In this document: piece by piece, positions 47,665 to 57,387 of the stretch
Layout: every line of letters begins with the position of its first letter
Numbering within the stretch: the stretch's first letter is position 1
Source: Candidatus Neptunichlamydia sp.
GTDB lineage: Bacteria > Chlamydiota > Chlamydiia > Chlamydiales > Simkaniaceae
Length of the DNA: 64,000 bases
Direction: 5' to 3'
Assembly: GCA_965233865.1 (NCBI GenBank)
Contig: OZ247587.1
Location: 64,001-128,000, forward strand
Notes under the pieces: model-generated
What the model was told of the DNA's origin: nothing
The model's input: the letters and a program-made list of their open reading frames with translations, nothing else
The model's database searches: none
Made by a program: the position numbers and the translations under genes

Positions 47665-48699
47665 TCACGCAAGCAGAAAGCGTTTGAGTTTCTCCTGGAT
47701 GCCCTCACGAATTTTCATAGTTTTTCCTTTTTCTCGTCCCTTTCTAGCTCCTCTTTCATGATGGCAAAATGAGAACGATACGGAAGAAAGATGAGGATAA
47801 ATTTTTTGAGCCATGGTTATCAAGTGATTTTCGACGCGGATAAGAGACTTGGACTCAACTTCCTTGCCCTTGTATCCTTCAGCAAGACCTCGGAAAAAGG
47901 AGTTTTTTGAAGCAGCCCCCTTTAGCAAAGAATCTTCTTTTTGAGCCTCTTTCCAGAGGGCTTCAAATTGGTGATCAAGAAAATGAGCGACATACTCGGC
48001 AATTTGAGTAGCCGTCTTATCTCCAATGATCTCCAAATATACCCCTTTTTTTCCTTTGTTGAAGACGGGATAGACATAAAAACTCTTTACGATTGATGCT
48101 ATGGCTTGGAGCTTTGCGCTTCCCCGTTTTTTTTCTAGAATGCGAAGGAGCACCGTCGTATCCTCTTTAGGAGTATATTCGACATTATATTTGCTTAAGA
48201 GTTGCTGAGCTTTTAGAGTGGCTTCTTCAGCTTCAGAAGGGTGAGGACTTTCAGCTAGAGAAAGAAGCTTTCTCACCTTTTCGACAATGCGCTTGTTTTT
48301 CACTACTTTTTCTAGGGGAACTGTGGCCTTTGAAACCTCGACTGCCCACCCGTATCTTTTGCAGACTGCACGAAACTCTTTTCCATGCGCAGGGACGCGG
48401 CATCCAAACTCAAGGAAGGTGAGAAGGTGGGCAAGCTCATGTCGTATCATTTCCTTTATTGCTTCCTCATTCTCAAGAAGAAACACTTTATTGATCCCTA
48501 TTTCAAAAAGGTCTCTTTGAAAAGTTCCTAGGGTTGAAGGGTGGTCAAAGACAATAAACTGGAGGGGATAGGAGTATCCCTGATAATAAAACCGGGAGCG
48601 TCCGACCTTGATTCTCATTTCGCACGCAAGAATTTCAAAAGCCATCTTCTTGACTTTTCGGAGGAACAAAAGAATAGTGGTTGAGTAAAGAATTTCCAT
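47665..48699 (-). CDS. SprT-like metalloprotease with DUF2786 domain
   Basis: HELAH...HGKEF (SprT-like); KVRKLLSLAES...EAEEATLKAQQLL (DUF2786-like). Confidence 0.82.
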   Translation of the reverse strand: MEILYSTTILLFLRKVKKMAFEILACEMRIKVGRSRFYYQGYSYPLQFIVFDHPSTLGTFQRDLFEIGINKVFLLENEEAIKEMIRHELAHLLTFLEFGCRVPAHGKEFRAVCKRYGWAVEVSKATVPLEKVVKNKRIVEKVRKLLSLAESPHPSEAEEATLKAQQLLSKYNVEYTPKEDTTVLLRILEKKRGSAKLQAIASIVKSFYVYPVFNKGKKGVYLEIIGDKTATQIAEYVAHFLDHQFEALWKEAQKEDSLLKGAASKNSFFRGLAEGYKGKEVESKSLIRVENHLITMAQKIYPHLSSVSFSFCHHERGARKGREKGKTMKIREGIQEKLKRFLLA

Positions 48700-48728
48700 G
48701 TGACATTATGATAGTAAGATTTAGGGTA

Positions 48729-49736
48729 ATGATGCAAAGGAAGATTCGAGTAGGTGTTCTTTTTGGAGGACAATCAGAAGAGCATGAAGTGTCGATCAGG
48801 TCGGCTCAATCGGTTATAGAGCATCTTAATCGTGATAAATATGAAGTTTATCCTATTAAGATTGAAAAAAGTGGAACATGGTTTTTTAACGATTTTCAAG
48901 TTTCTCCTGAAAAGATTTTTTTTTCCCCTTGCGTACTAAAAAAAAACTTTGACGTTATCTTCCCTGTTCTTCATGGCCCTTACGGAGAGGACGGAACTGT
49001 TCAAGGCCTTGTAGAGCTCGCACACCTCCCTTATGTTGGACCCGATCACCTTAGCTCTGCCATGTGTATGGACAAAGGGGTGATGAAGGATATGCTTAAT
49101 GGGGCGGGACTGCCTACTCCTAAATCGCTTTCTCTTCAATCATTTGATGTAGGGAAAATTCTTGATGCCTTTGCTTTTCCTTTTTTTGTTAAGCCAGCAA
49201 GATTGGGATCTTCTATTGGAATTACTAAAGTCCACTCAGAAGAAGAACTCCTTCCTGCGCTTGGGGAGAGCTTTAAATACGATGAAAGGATTGTGGTCGA
49301 AGAAGGAATCAAAGGGCAGGAATTGGAGATTTCTATTCTTGGGAACCTAGATCCAAGAGCATCTCTTCCTGGTGAGATTATCCCTACTCATGACTTCTAT
49401 TCTTATGAAGCAAAGTATCTCGATGAAAATGGGGCGCGCTTTATCCTTCCTGCTAAAATCTCTCCTGAAAAAACTAAGGAAATGCAGGAACTCGCTATTA
49501 AAGCATATAAAACAATGAGATGTGAGGGAATGGCGCGTGTTGATTTCTTCATGGAGAGAGGAGGAAACCTTCTTATCAATGAGCTTAATACGATCCCTGG
49601 ATTCACCTCCATTAGTCTCTACCCCAAATTATGGGAGGTAAGTGGTTTGTCTTATCCAGACCTTCTCTGTGAGCTTATCGGCTTTGCTATTCAGCGTTTT
49701 AACCGTTTAAAAACTAAAATGTATACATTTCATTGA
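48729..49736 (+). CDS. ddl: D-alanine--D-alanine ligase
   Basis: FGGQSEEHEVS, FPVLHGPYGEDG, GSSIG, YSYEAKY, NELNTIPGFT. Confidence 0.95.
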   Translation: MMQRKIRVGVLFGGQSEEHEVSIRSAQSVIEHLNRDKYEVYPIKIEKSGTWFFNDFQVSPEKIFFSPCVLKKNFDVIFPVLHGPYGEDGTVQGLVELAHLPYVGPDHLSSAMCMDKGVMKDMLNGAGLPTPKSLSLQSFDVGKILDAFAFPFFVKPARLGSSIGITKVHSEEELLPALGESFKYDERIVVEEGIKGQELEISILGNLDPRASLPGEIIPTHDFYSYEAKYLDENGARFILPAKISPEKTKEMQELAIKAYKTMRCEGMARVDFFMERGGNLLINELNTIPGFTSISLYPKLWEVSGLSYPDLLCELIGFAIQRFNRLKTKMYTFH

Positions 49737-49806
49737 ATGTGGGGGAGCTTCATGGACAGAAATGAAAGATTTGTTTTAAATATGTTGATGGATTACCATC
49801 ACTAAA

Positions 49807-52800
49807 ATGGAAATCAAAGCGCTGTCAAAGCAGAAGATTGAAAGACCGGAGGATCTAACGATCCGTCCAGCTTTTTCCTTCTATAGCCGCTCCAAAAATC
49901 TTCTTGCGCATGTGAAGAAGATTCAAGGGGTTCTTGTTTCTGTACTCCCTAGCCCTCTGCCTTTTTATGACCGGGAGAGTTTAGCGAATTGGGTTAATTC
50001 ATCCCTCCCCTATATTATTTGGAGCCCTTTTGAATCACCTCCTGACTGTGTATCGATCTATTTCTTGATTAAACCCCTCAGTTCTATTCCTTCAGAAATA
50101 TTCATCTCGGAAATGATCAAGAGATGGCTTCTTCCTCATCAAGAGACAACGATTCTATCCTTTGAACACATATCGTTTACTTTTGATCACTACCCAAAGG
50201 AGCCTCTTTTTTTTGGCGAGGCTAAAGTCCTCATTCAAAATAAAAAAGAGGCCAATCTCTTGAAGGAAAATCTCCCTCTATTGAAAAAGGAAATTGCCTC
50301 CTCTATCTTAGCTGGTCGGTATGCTAAATCACTGCTGGAAACTAAGGCGCTTCCTCTCGACCACAAGACAAACCTTATTCGGGAATCTTTCATTAAGCTT
50401 CTCCATCGATATCCTGATGACTTAGATGAAGTCATTTTTGAGAGATTGGCCTATATGCAGGCTTATTCTTCTAAAGAGTTTCGAATGGAACGCTCATATT
50501 CCCACTTAGGAAGGATTCTCCTCAGTTTCCTATCAGGTCGTTCTCTATTGGCGCGGGAAATTAATGTCTTTCCTGAAAAAAGGCATATGAAAATTCGATT
50601 TTTAGCAACTGAACTCTCATTTCCATTTGGGAAGAAACCTGTATTAGGACTTTCAATTGTGGTAAACCTTTTTCACAAATATGAGTTTTTTGATGAAAAG
50701 CATGTTCTCAGGGCTGTTCAAAAATTTATCCCGGATATTCGAATTGTTCCAGGATCTATTTATCAATCAAGTCATTTGAACGATCCTATTATTTCTTTAT
50801 ACCTGGAGCTTGAGAAGATCGACGGTTCTTCCATAACTCTTGATGATAGAAAGCAATTAAAAAGCCAGCTTGAAGAAGAATTAAAAAAACGGATTGAACA
50901 CCTTGTCCCTTCTATTTTCACGGTACGGAATGAAGAAGAAACAATGCGGAATATTTTGATGCTCTCAAGAGAACTTAAGTCGGAAGATGATATTCCTCAA
51001 ATGATGATCTCATTTGACCAGCATTCTCAAGAGGACTTGGTTTTTACCGTGGTCCTTCTTCGGGTGAAATCTGAGAAAACGCCTCCTCTTCAAGATCTTT
51101 TAAAGAATGCAAACCCTCTTATTCGCTTTGTTCCTGATAGAATTCAGAATGTGAGCTATATCAGGAAGAGTCATCCTATTGAAGCAAATGTCTTTCGAGT
51201 GCACATGACAAAGCTTCCCTCATTTTTACGGATGGACTTTTCCGTGAACCTCTATCTAGCTCGAGAAGAGGTTGTCAAGTTCCTGAATAGTCATATTGGA
51301 GAAATTCGAGATTATAATGGAGGGATGATGGTGAAGCAAGGAGAGCTTCTCACCCAATTTAAACGTCTTTTTCAAGATATTTCTCAAAGGAACCAAGATC
51401 TTCTTGAGAACTTCTTCTATTCATTAAACCCTATTGAAGCCCAAGCAACAATATCCCTTCCCTCAATAAGTTTATTCTTTGAGATATTTATTCAAGCTGT
51501 TGAGAATGAATTTCCAAGAGATCGTTCCTATCTTCTGGAAATGGGTGAAGATGAAAACATTACTGTCGTAGTTGTTCGAGGGAATAATTCTGGGCTTTTG
51601 ACTCTTATTGAAGAAGCACTATCAGATGAGATTATTCAAGGACGAAATCTTGTTTCTTCGTCGCTCACATTTGAGGGGAGTTACTATCTAGGCTTTCTCT
51701 GTAGCGATCCTGTCAAAGAAAAGCACGAAGCTTTTAAAGCTATTGTCAATAAAACCATTAAGAAATGGAAAAAAGATCAAGATAATCTCCAAATTCTGAA
51801 AGTTCCGTATTCAAATTTTGTTTCTTTGGATCCTCGAATCGGGGGAGACCAAGATTCCTCTGTTTTTGTTAAACTACTATTCAATGGGCTTACACGGATT
51901 AGTCGAGATGGCAAGCCTAAGTATTCTGTTGCTAAGAGCGTTACTGTTTCAAGTGATAAGAAAACCTACATTTTTAAACTCCAAGAATCCTATTGGTCAA
52001 ACGGTGCTCCTGTTGTTGCATTTGACTTTGAATATGCTTGGAAAAAGGTTCTTTCACCCGGATTTGTAACACCTTTCGCATATGTCTTTTACCCTATAAA
52101 AAATGGAAAAAAAGCTAAGGAAGGAAAGGTAGAGATTGAAGAAGTGGGCATTGAGGCAATAGATGAACGTACATTGAAAGTTGAACTGGAGAACCCTGCA
52201 CCTTATTTTATTGAACTTACGGCAAATACATTGTATTCTCCTGTGAATCACCAGGTTGATCAGAAGCATCCTAATTGGTCAAAGCAGAAGAATGAAAACT
52301 TTGTATGCAATGGTCCTTTTAGACAGGTTGAGCCAAGCCAAGGGTATTTCTTCAATTTTGTTAAGAATAGCAAATATCTTATGAAGGAAGATGTCAAGTT
52401 AGATCAAATATTGTGCATTCGAACAGAAATGAAGCATGCAATTGAAATGTTTCGTCAAAAACAACTGCATTGCCTAGGTACTAACTTATTACAATTGAAT
52501 CATTTACAAGTAAAGATTGAAGAAGAAAATATTACCCATTATCTTTCCCCAAAAATTTTTTGGCAGTGTTTTAATGTGAATCATTTTCCTTTCAACCACA
52601 AAAAAATCCGTAGAGCTCTATCTAAAGCTGTTTCTAGGCAGGAAATCATAGCGACACATCCTGCCAAGAGAGTTCCAGCGTATACACCATTACCTTACCA
52701 ACTAACTCTCTGCCAAGATGCTGATTTCTTGATTAAGGAAGATCATGAAGGAGCACGGATTCTTTTTGCTGAAGCCTTGAAAGAAATCAAAATGAAAATT

Positions 52801-53286
52801 GAGGATTTTCCAATTATATATATTTCCTGTGTTGATCAGGAAAAAAATAGTGCAGTGAGTCTCAAAGATCAGTGGGAAAGAATCTTGGGAATCAAATGTG
52901 AGATTGAGGTTTCTCCTTGGAACCAGCACTTTCAGAAGTTGAATTTGAGAGATTACCAAGTTGGTTCAATCTACTGGACTTCATGGGTGAATGATCCAAT
53001 CTATACTTTGCAGTCGTACAAGTATGGAAAGGAACGTGTTAATTTCACTGGATGGGAAAGCAAGAAGTTTCAAAGTTATCTGGATGCCTCAGACCGTACA
53101 ATTGATATTGAAAAGAGAAAGGAGTATCTTTTTCAAGCTGAGAAAATGGTTATCGAAGAAGCGATAGTGATTCCTATCTGTTATAGCGTTGATTATATGA
53201 TCAAGGACCCTGATTTGGAGCTAGCACATTCCAGTTCGCATGGAACAGTTGACTTTTCTCAAGCATATTTTTCTCATAAGTTATAG
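49807..53286 (+). CDS. Fusion of a ~660-aa unknown N-terminal region to an OppA-type (family 5 SBP) domain
   Basis: Single 1159-aa ORF; C-terminal part has SLDPR, WSNGAPVVAFDFEYAWK, CNGPF, PFNHKKIRRALS; no signal peptide or lipobox seen. Confidence 0.85.
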   Translation: MEIKALSKQKIERPEDLTIRPAFSFYSRSKNLLAHVKKIQGVLVSVLPSPLPFYDRESLANWVNSSLPYIIWSPFESPPDCVSIYFLIKPLSSIPSEIFISEMIKRWLLPHQETTILSFEHISFTFDHYPKEPLFFGEAKVLIQNKKEANLLKENLPLLKKEIASSILAGRYAKSLLETKALPLDHKTNLIRESFIKLLHRYPDDLDEVIFERLAYMQAYSSKEFRMERSYSHLGRILLSFLSGRSLLAREINVFPEKRHMKIRFLATELSFPFGKKPVLGLSIVVNLFHKYEFFDEKHVLRAVQKFIPDIRIVPGSIYQSSHLNDPIISLYLELEKIDGSSITLDDRKQLKSQLEEELKKRIEHLVPSIFTVRNEEETMRNILMLSRELKSEDDIPQMMISFDQHSQEDLVFTVVLLRVKSEKTPPLQDLLKNANPLIRFVPDRIQNVSYIRKSHPIEANVFRVHMTKLPSFLRMDFSVNLYLAREEVVKFLNSHIGEIRDYNGGMMVKQGELLTQFKRLFQDISQRNQDLLENFFYSLNPIEAQATISLPSISLFFEIFIQAVENEFPRDRSYLLEMGEDENITVVVVRGNNSGLLTLIEEALSDEIIQGRNLVSSSLTFEGSYYLGFLCSDPVKEKHEAFKAIVNKTIKKWKKDQDNLQILKVPYSNFVSLDPRIGGDQDSSVFVKLLFNGLTRISRDGKPKYSVAKSVTVSSDKKTYIFKLQESYWSNGAPVVAFDFEYAWKKVLSPGFVTPFAYVFYPIKNGKKAKEGKVEIEEVGIEAIDERTLKVELENPAPYFIELTANTLYSPVNHQVDQKHPNWSKQKNENFVCNGPFRQVEPSQGYFFNFVKNSKYLMKEDVKLDQILCIRTEMKHAIEMFRQKQLHCLGTNLLQLNHLQVKIEEENITHYLSPKIFWQCFNVNHFPFNHKKIRRALSKAVSRQEIIATHPAKRVPAYTPLPYQLTLCQDADFLIKEDHEGARILFAEALKEIKMKIEDFPIIYISCVDQEKNSAVSLKDQWERILGIKCEIEVSPWNQHFQKLNLRDYQVGSIYWTSWVNDPIYTLQSYKYGKERVNFTGWESKKFQSYLDASDRTIDIEKRKEYLFQAEKMVIEEAIVIPICYSVDYMIKDPDLELAHSSSHGTVDFSQAYFSHKL

Positions 53287-53489
53287 CTGAAGTATTTTAA
53301 ATTGGTTGCTCCTTGAAAAATTCATCTATTTCACATTGATACCTTTGCTCACTGATGCTCAATAGGATTTAGATCAGATGAATAAGGAGGAAGATATTCT
53401 AAATCATGCCCTGCGGCCACGAAACTTTAGTGGAATGATAACTATGGCTGTATTCTTCAATGGGCAATCCTTTGAAGACATTTCCTAGG
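53284..53489 (-). mobile_element. IS630-family remnant
   Basis: Minus strand reads AGHDLEYLPPYSSDLNPIEHQ*AK (LPPYSPDLNPIE signature at 53355-53393); TA dinucleotides flank the inserted segment. Confidence 0.78.
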
Positions 53490-53490
53490 T

Positions 53491-53794
53491 ATTGAACTAA
53501 TTTCATTAGTTTGTAAGAATATCTTTGCTATAATAACGACCTATTAACCCAAAAGCGTTTTAATGTGAGATATTTATTCTTAAAAAAATCAATAGAACTT
53601 TTCTATTGGCATATTTTGTCTTTTGTTTCAGATAGGGGAGTTGTTAAACATAAGAATGTTCGAATTTTAGTTAATCAAGGTCTGAGTAGACTTGTTTTAT
53701 AAATAGAGGTAGCGGGGGACCTTGCTCTTTTATTGATGAACTTGTTCCTTTTTGCCTAAATTGCTCAACTCAATCTTGCAAACCACTTTCGTAA
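53491..53794 (+). pseudogene. Decayed tandem duplicate of the SH2-like gene and its leader
   Basis: 53611-53794 aligns at nucleotide level with 54113-54291; leader 53491-53570 aligns with 53840-53925; ATG lost, internal deletion and frameshift. Confidence 0.85.
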
Positions 53795-53925
53795 TTATTC
53801 TACGTATTTTCATGAAATCGTTAGTTTTTCTCATAAATTATTGAATTAATTTCACTGATTTGTAAAAATGTTTTTCGCTATACCAATAGCCTGTGAACCA
53901 ACAAAGTATCCAAAGTGGGGTATTT

Positions 53926-54291
53926 ATGATTACAAAAATACAATCTAAAAGAAGTAGAAGAACTTTTCTATCAGATGTTTCACATCTAGAAAAGCAAATT
54001 AAAGGTCATTTAGCATGGAGAGGAGATATTTCTCTGATCGAAGCTGCAGACCTTCTAAAGGCTGAAATGCCGTTCACCTTTATTCTATCAAGCGGTTTCG
54101 ACAAAAATCATTATATTTTGTCGTTTGTTTCAGATAGCGGTGGTGTTAAACATAAGAACGTTCGGATTTTAGTTCATCAAGGGCAAACCTGTTTTATGAA
54201 TGGAGGTAGTTCGGGACCTTGCAAATTTATTGATGAACTCATTCCATCCTGCCTAAATTGTTCAACTCAAGTTTGTAAACCACTTTCGTAA
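53926..54291 (+). CDS. SH2-domain-like protein
   Basis: AWRGDISLIEAADLLKAEMPFTFILS...HYILSFVSDSGGVKHKNV...FIDELI follows the SH2 pattern W.hG.isr.eAe.lL...g.Flvr...y.LSv....vkH; the FLVR Arg is replaced by Ser. Confidence 0.7.
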   Translation: MITKIQSKRSRRTFLSDVSHLEKQIKGHLAWRGDISLIEAADLLKAEMPFTFILSSGFDKNHYILSFVSDSGGVKHKNVRILVHQGQTCFMNGGSSGPCKFIDELIPSCLNCSTQVCKPLS

Positions 54292-54302
54292 TTGTTCTTT
54301 AA

Positions 54303-54334
54303 TCCCTCTTGTTTATCTGCAAGGGGGGTTTTTT
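54303..54334 (+). terminator. Rho-independent terminator between convergent genes
   Basis: TCCCTCTTG-8 nt-CAAGGGGGG followed by T6. Confidence 0.7.
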
Positions 54335-54340
54335 ATAGGC

Positions 54341-55750
54341 TCAGGGATTGAGGAGTTTGATGCGGATTAATTGAGGACCAAGTCGTCTATACGGTTCTTT
54401 GAAGAAGCGGAAGATAAATATAACTCCAATTAAAGCTGAATTGAGGCCTTCAATCAAGAAGAACTTTGGTGGGGACATCCCAAGGTTTTGTATCCCAATG
54501 AAGATAGGGATGCACAGGGTTATCCACTGAATAGTCATACACCACGCATAAAATACGGTATCTCGAGCTGCAGTGACCATGCTGGCTCCAATACGGTTGA
54601 TTCCGCCTCCAATAATGGCAACCCAGACCCAGATGCAACACTCTTTTAGGAACTGTAGAGATTGAGGTGAAATTGGATCTTTAACGAAGAGAAGGATCAT
54701 TGGTTCCCTGAAAATTAAAAGAGGAATAGCAAGCACTGTGGCCATAGCGATAATAAAATATATTGCAGAACGAAGACTTTTTTTGAAAAGGTGGGAGGAA
54801 TTTCTGGCGAGTGCGTATGAATTAAAAGTCAGAAGTGCTTGGGCCATCCCCTCGTTTATGAAACTTAGAATGACGAACACGGTAAGGCCAAAAGAGTGGA
54901 CGAGTAAATAGTCGCCCCCTTTTTGAATTACGAAGTAAGTTGCAACAGTCCAGGCGCCTACAGCAAGAGACCTTCCAAAAGATCTAGGAATCCCCGTCTT
55001 TAATCCTTCCCAAAACAGAGGAAGATTAAATTTCCATTGGTTTGTGGAAAATAGAAGGGCATATTTTTTTTGTTTAAACAGGAGGAATAGAACTAGACAG
55101 TATGTTCCTTGGGAAATGACCGTAGCTATTGCTGCTCCTTGAACACCAAAAGAGGGGATTAAGTCCTCAACTCCAAAGATGAGAATATAATCAAGTAGCA
55201 TATTTAAGAATTGGATTGCCAAGTTTGTGAAAAGGATAATGCTATTCTTTCCTCGACCCATATAAAACGATGCAAGTGTTGCACCCAAAGGGTAAAGAAA
55301 ATTTGCAACGGCAATAATGTGGAAGTAGCTTTTGGCGGGGTCCTCAACTTCTATTCCTTTCAGATAGACGTTGCCCATCATAAACAAGGGGGAAGTAATG
55401 AGAATCGTGAATAAAGAGAAATAAATCATCTGCCAGATAAAGGGCCCAATCATTTTTTCTTTTTTGGCACCTTTATAGTGCCCTACAAAGGCTTGGGAAA
55501 TAGAGGCAATAATAATGAGGCCTAGTTGAGGCAAATACAAAAGGTTCATCGCCGAGCAACAGGCCTTCCATGCGTCTTGAGAAAAGTGGGAGAGCATGAA
55601 GCGATCTGTGAGGTTAAGTAGGCTAGCTGAAAATGTTGTTAGGATAAGAGGGAATGCTAGTGCAAAGAGTTCAGGTAGACTCGCCATAGGATGCTTAGTA
55701 AGCTGATTGGACGAAGGGCTATTTGCTTCAACGGAGGTCATTGACACCAT
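54341..55750 (-). CDS. MATE family efflux transporter
   Basis: LAFPLI...DRFML, LNMLLDYILIFG...FGVQGAAIATVISQ; about 12 TM helices. Confidence 0.9.
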   Translation of the reverse strand: MVSMTSVEANSPSSNQLTKHPMASLPELFALAFPLILTTFSASLLNLTDRFMLSHFSQDAWKACCSAMNLLYLPQLGLIIIASISQAFVGHYKGAKKEKMIGPFIWQMIYFSLFTILITSPLFMMGNVYLKGIEVEDPAKSYFHIIAVANFLYPLGATLASFYMGRGKNSIILFTNLAIQFLNMLLDYILIFGVEDLIPSFGVQGAAIATVISQGTYCLVLFLLFKQKKYALLFSTNQWKFNLPLFWEGLKTGIPRSFGRSLAVGAWTVATYFVIQKGGDYLLVHSFGLTVFVILSFINEGMAQALLTFNSYALARNSSHLFKKSLRSAIYFIIAMATVLAIPLLIFREPMILLFVKDPISPQSLQFLKECCIWVWVAIIGGGINRIGASMVTAARDTVFYAWCMTIQWITLCIPIFIGIQNLGMSPPKFFLIEGLNSALIGVIFIFRFFKEPYRRLGPQLIRIKLLNP

Positions 55751-55845
55751 AAAAAAAGTTTTTTCTCGGATATCACTTTTGAGATTGAATGAAAGTTAGC
55801 AGTCTTGTAGATTTATCGCGAGGATTTTTTTTAAAATGTGTGTTC

Positions 55846-57387
55846 ATGAACTTGAAGTCAATTATTTTCCTTTTAATACTTGGACTTTCTTTGATCAGTG
55901 GGTGTAAAAAAAGGGACAGGGAGCCTAGTCCTCGCTATTTGCGTCTTTGTTTAGATAGGCCTATTAAATCCTTAGACCCTCATATTGGGACGGCAAATCC
56001 TTCAGTTCATGTGATTAAAATGCTCTACGAAGGACTTATGATTCGTTCTGAGGGTGGCGAGATCGAAAGAGGTCTCGCAGAGAGTTACTCTATTTCGGAT
56101 GATAAGTTAACCTATATTTTTTGTCTTAAATCAACAAAGTGGTCTAATGGAGAGCCTGTGACTGCCTATGACTTTGAGTATTCTTGGAAAAAAGCAGTTT
56201 ATTCTCAACACTATGGAGCCCTTCTCTTCAGTCCAATTAAAAATGCTGGTCTTTGCAATGAGGGGAAATGTCACAGATCAGAGCTGGGAGTTCGCGCTCT
56301 TGATGAGCAGACATTAGAAGTGTTGCTTGAACATCCTGCTCCCTATTTTTTAGAACTTACTTCTTGTGTCAACTTTTCACCAATCAATAGAAAAAATAAA
56401 GAAATAACGAACGGCCCCTTTGTTCTAAAGACGTGGAATATGGGAGAATCTCTTATTCTCGAAAAAAACCTAAATTATTGGGGAGCTTCTCGAATTGATT
56501 TGCTTGGGGTAGATATTAAAATTATTGAGAATCAATCCGTAAGGCATGATTTTTTTGAAAAAGGATTAATTGATTGGATTGGAGATCCATTGGCTCCTTT
56601 ATCCTCTGATGCCATAGAGTCAAGAAAGCTAGAAGATCAAGTGATGAGTGTACCTTTAAATGGGATGAACCTTCTCGTTTTTAATACAGAAAAACATCCT
56701 TTCGACAACAAAAACCTAAGAAAGGCTCTGTCTTTTGCTATTTCGAGAAAAAATATGTCAAACCAGCTTTTTATGAAGAGCAAGCTTCCTGCTTTAGGAT
56801 TGGTTACTGAAGGAGAAAACAATTATATCAAAGATGGAGACCATGTGAGTGCACAGCTCCTTTTTAATTCAGCTCTTGCGGAGCTTGGATTGACTAAGGA
56901 AACATTTCCAGAAGTTATCCTCAGCTACTGTCCCACTTTATATCAGCCATCTATTATGCATATGATTCAGCAGGACTGGGAATCTATTCTAGGGATTCGT
57001 ATAAAGTTAGACCCTGTTGACAAGGGACTTCTTTATAATCAAATGTTAAAAGGGGAGTACCAAATTGGGAGCATGTTTTGGTTTTCGATAATTCGTGATC
57101 CTATATACACTCTAGACTTTCTTAGACCTACCGATCGAAAAATCAACATTTCGAGATGGAAAGATCGTTCGTATCTTAGCATGTTAAAAGCAATTGATCA
57201 TGAAGTGGATTTGAATAAGCGTAATAGGCTTTTAGAAGAGGCTGAAGCGCACGTCATGGAAGAGATGCCTGTGATTCCTATTTGTTTTGGTTCAGCGCTT
57301 TATATGAAGCAACCAACTCTTTCAAACATAGGAATTTCACCCTTTATGGATGTGAATATTACAAATGCAACCCTTGAGAAAGAATGA
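55846..57387 (+). CDS. oppA: Oligopeptide ABC transporter substrate-binding lipoprotein
   Basis: Lipobox-like ISGC, SLDPH, WSNGEPVTAYDFEYSWK, NGPF. Start set to ATG 55846. Confidence 0.88.
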   Translation: MNLKSIIFLLILGLSLISGCKKRDREPSPRYLRLCLDRPIKSLDPHIGTANPSVHVIKMLYEGLMIRSEGGEIERGLAESYSISDDKLTYIFCLKSTKWSNGEPVTAYDFEYSWKKAVYSQHYGALLFSPIKNAGLCNEGKCHRSELGVRALDEQTLEVLLEHPAPYFLELTSCVNFSPINRKNKEITNGPFVLKTWNMGESLILEKNLNYWGASRIDLLGVDIKIIENQSVRHDFFEKGLIDWIGDPLAPLSSDAIESRKLEDQVMSVPLNGMNLLVFNTEKHPFDNKNLRKALSFAISRKNMSNQLFMKSKLPALGLVTEGENNYIKDGDHVSAQLLFNSALAELGLTKETFPEVILSYCPTLYQPSIMHMIQQDWESILGIRIKLDPVDKGLLYNQMLKGEYQIGSMFWFSIIRDPIYTLDFLRPTDRKINISRWKDRSYLSMLKAIDHEVDLNKRNRLLEEAEAHVMEEMPVIPICFGSALYMKQPTLSNIGISPFMDVNITNATLEKE

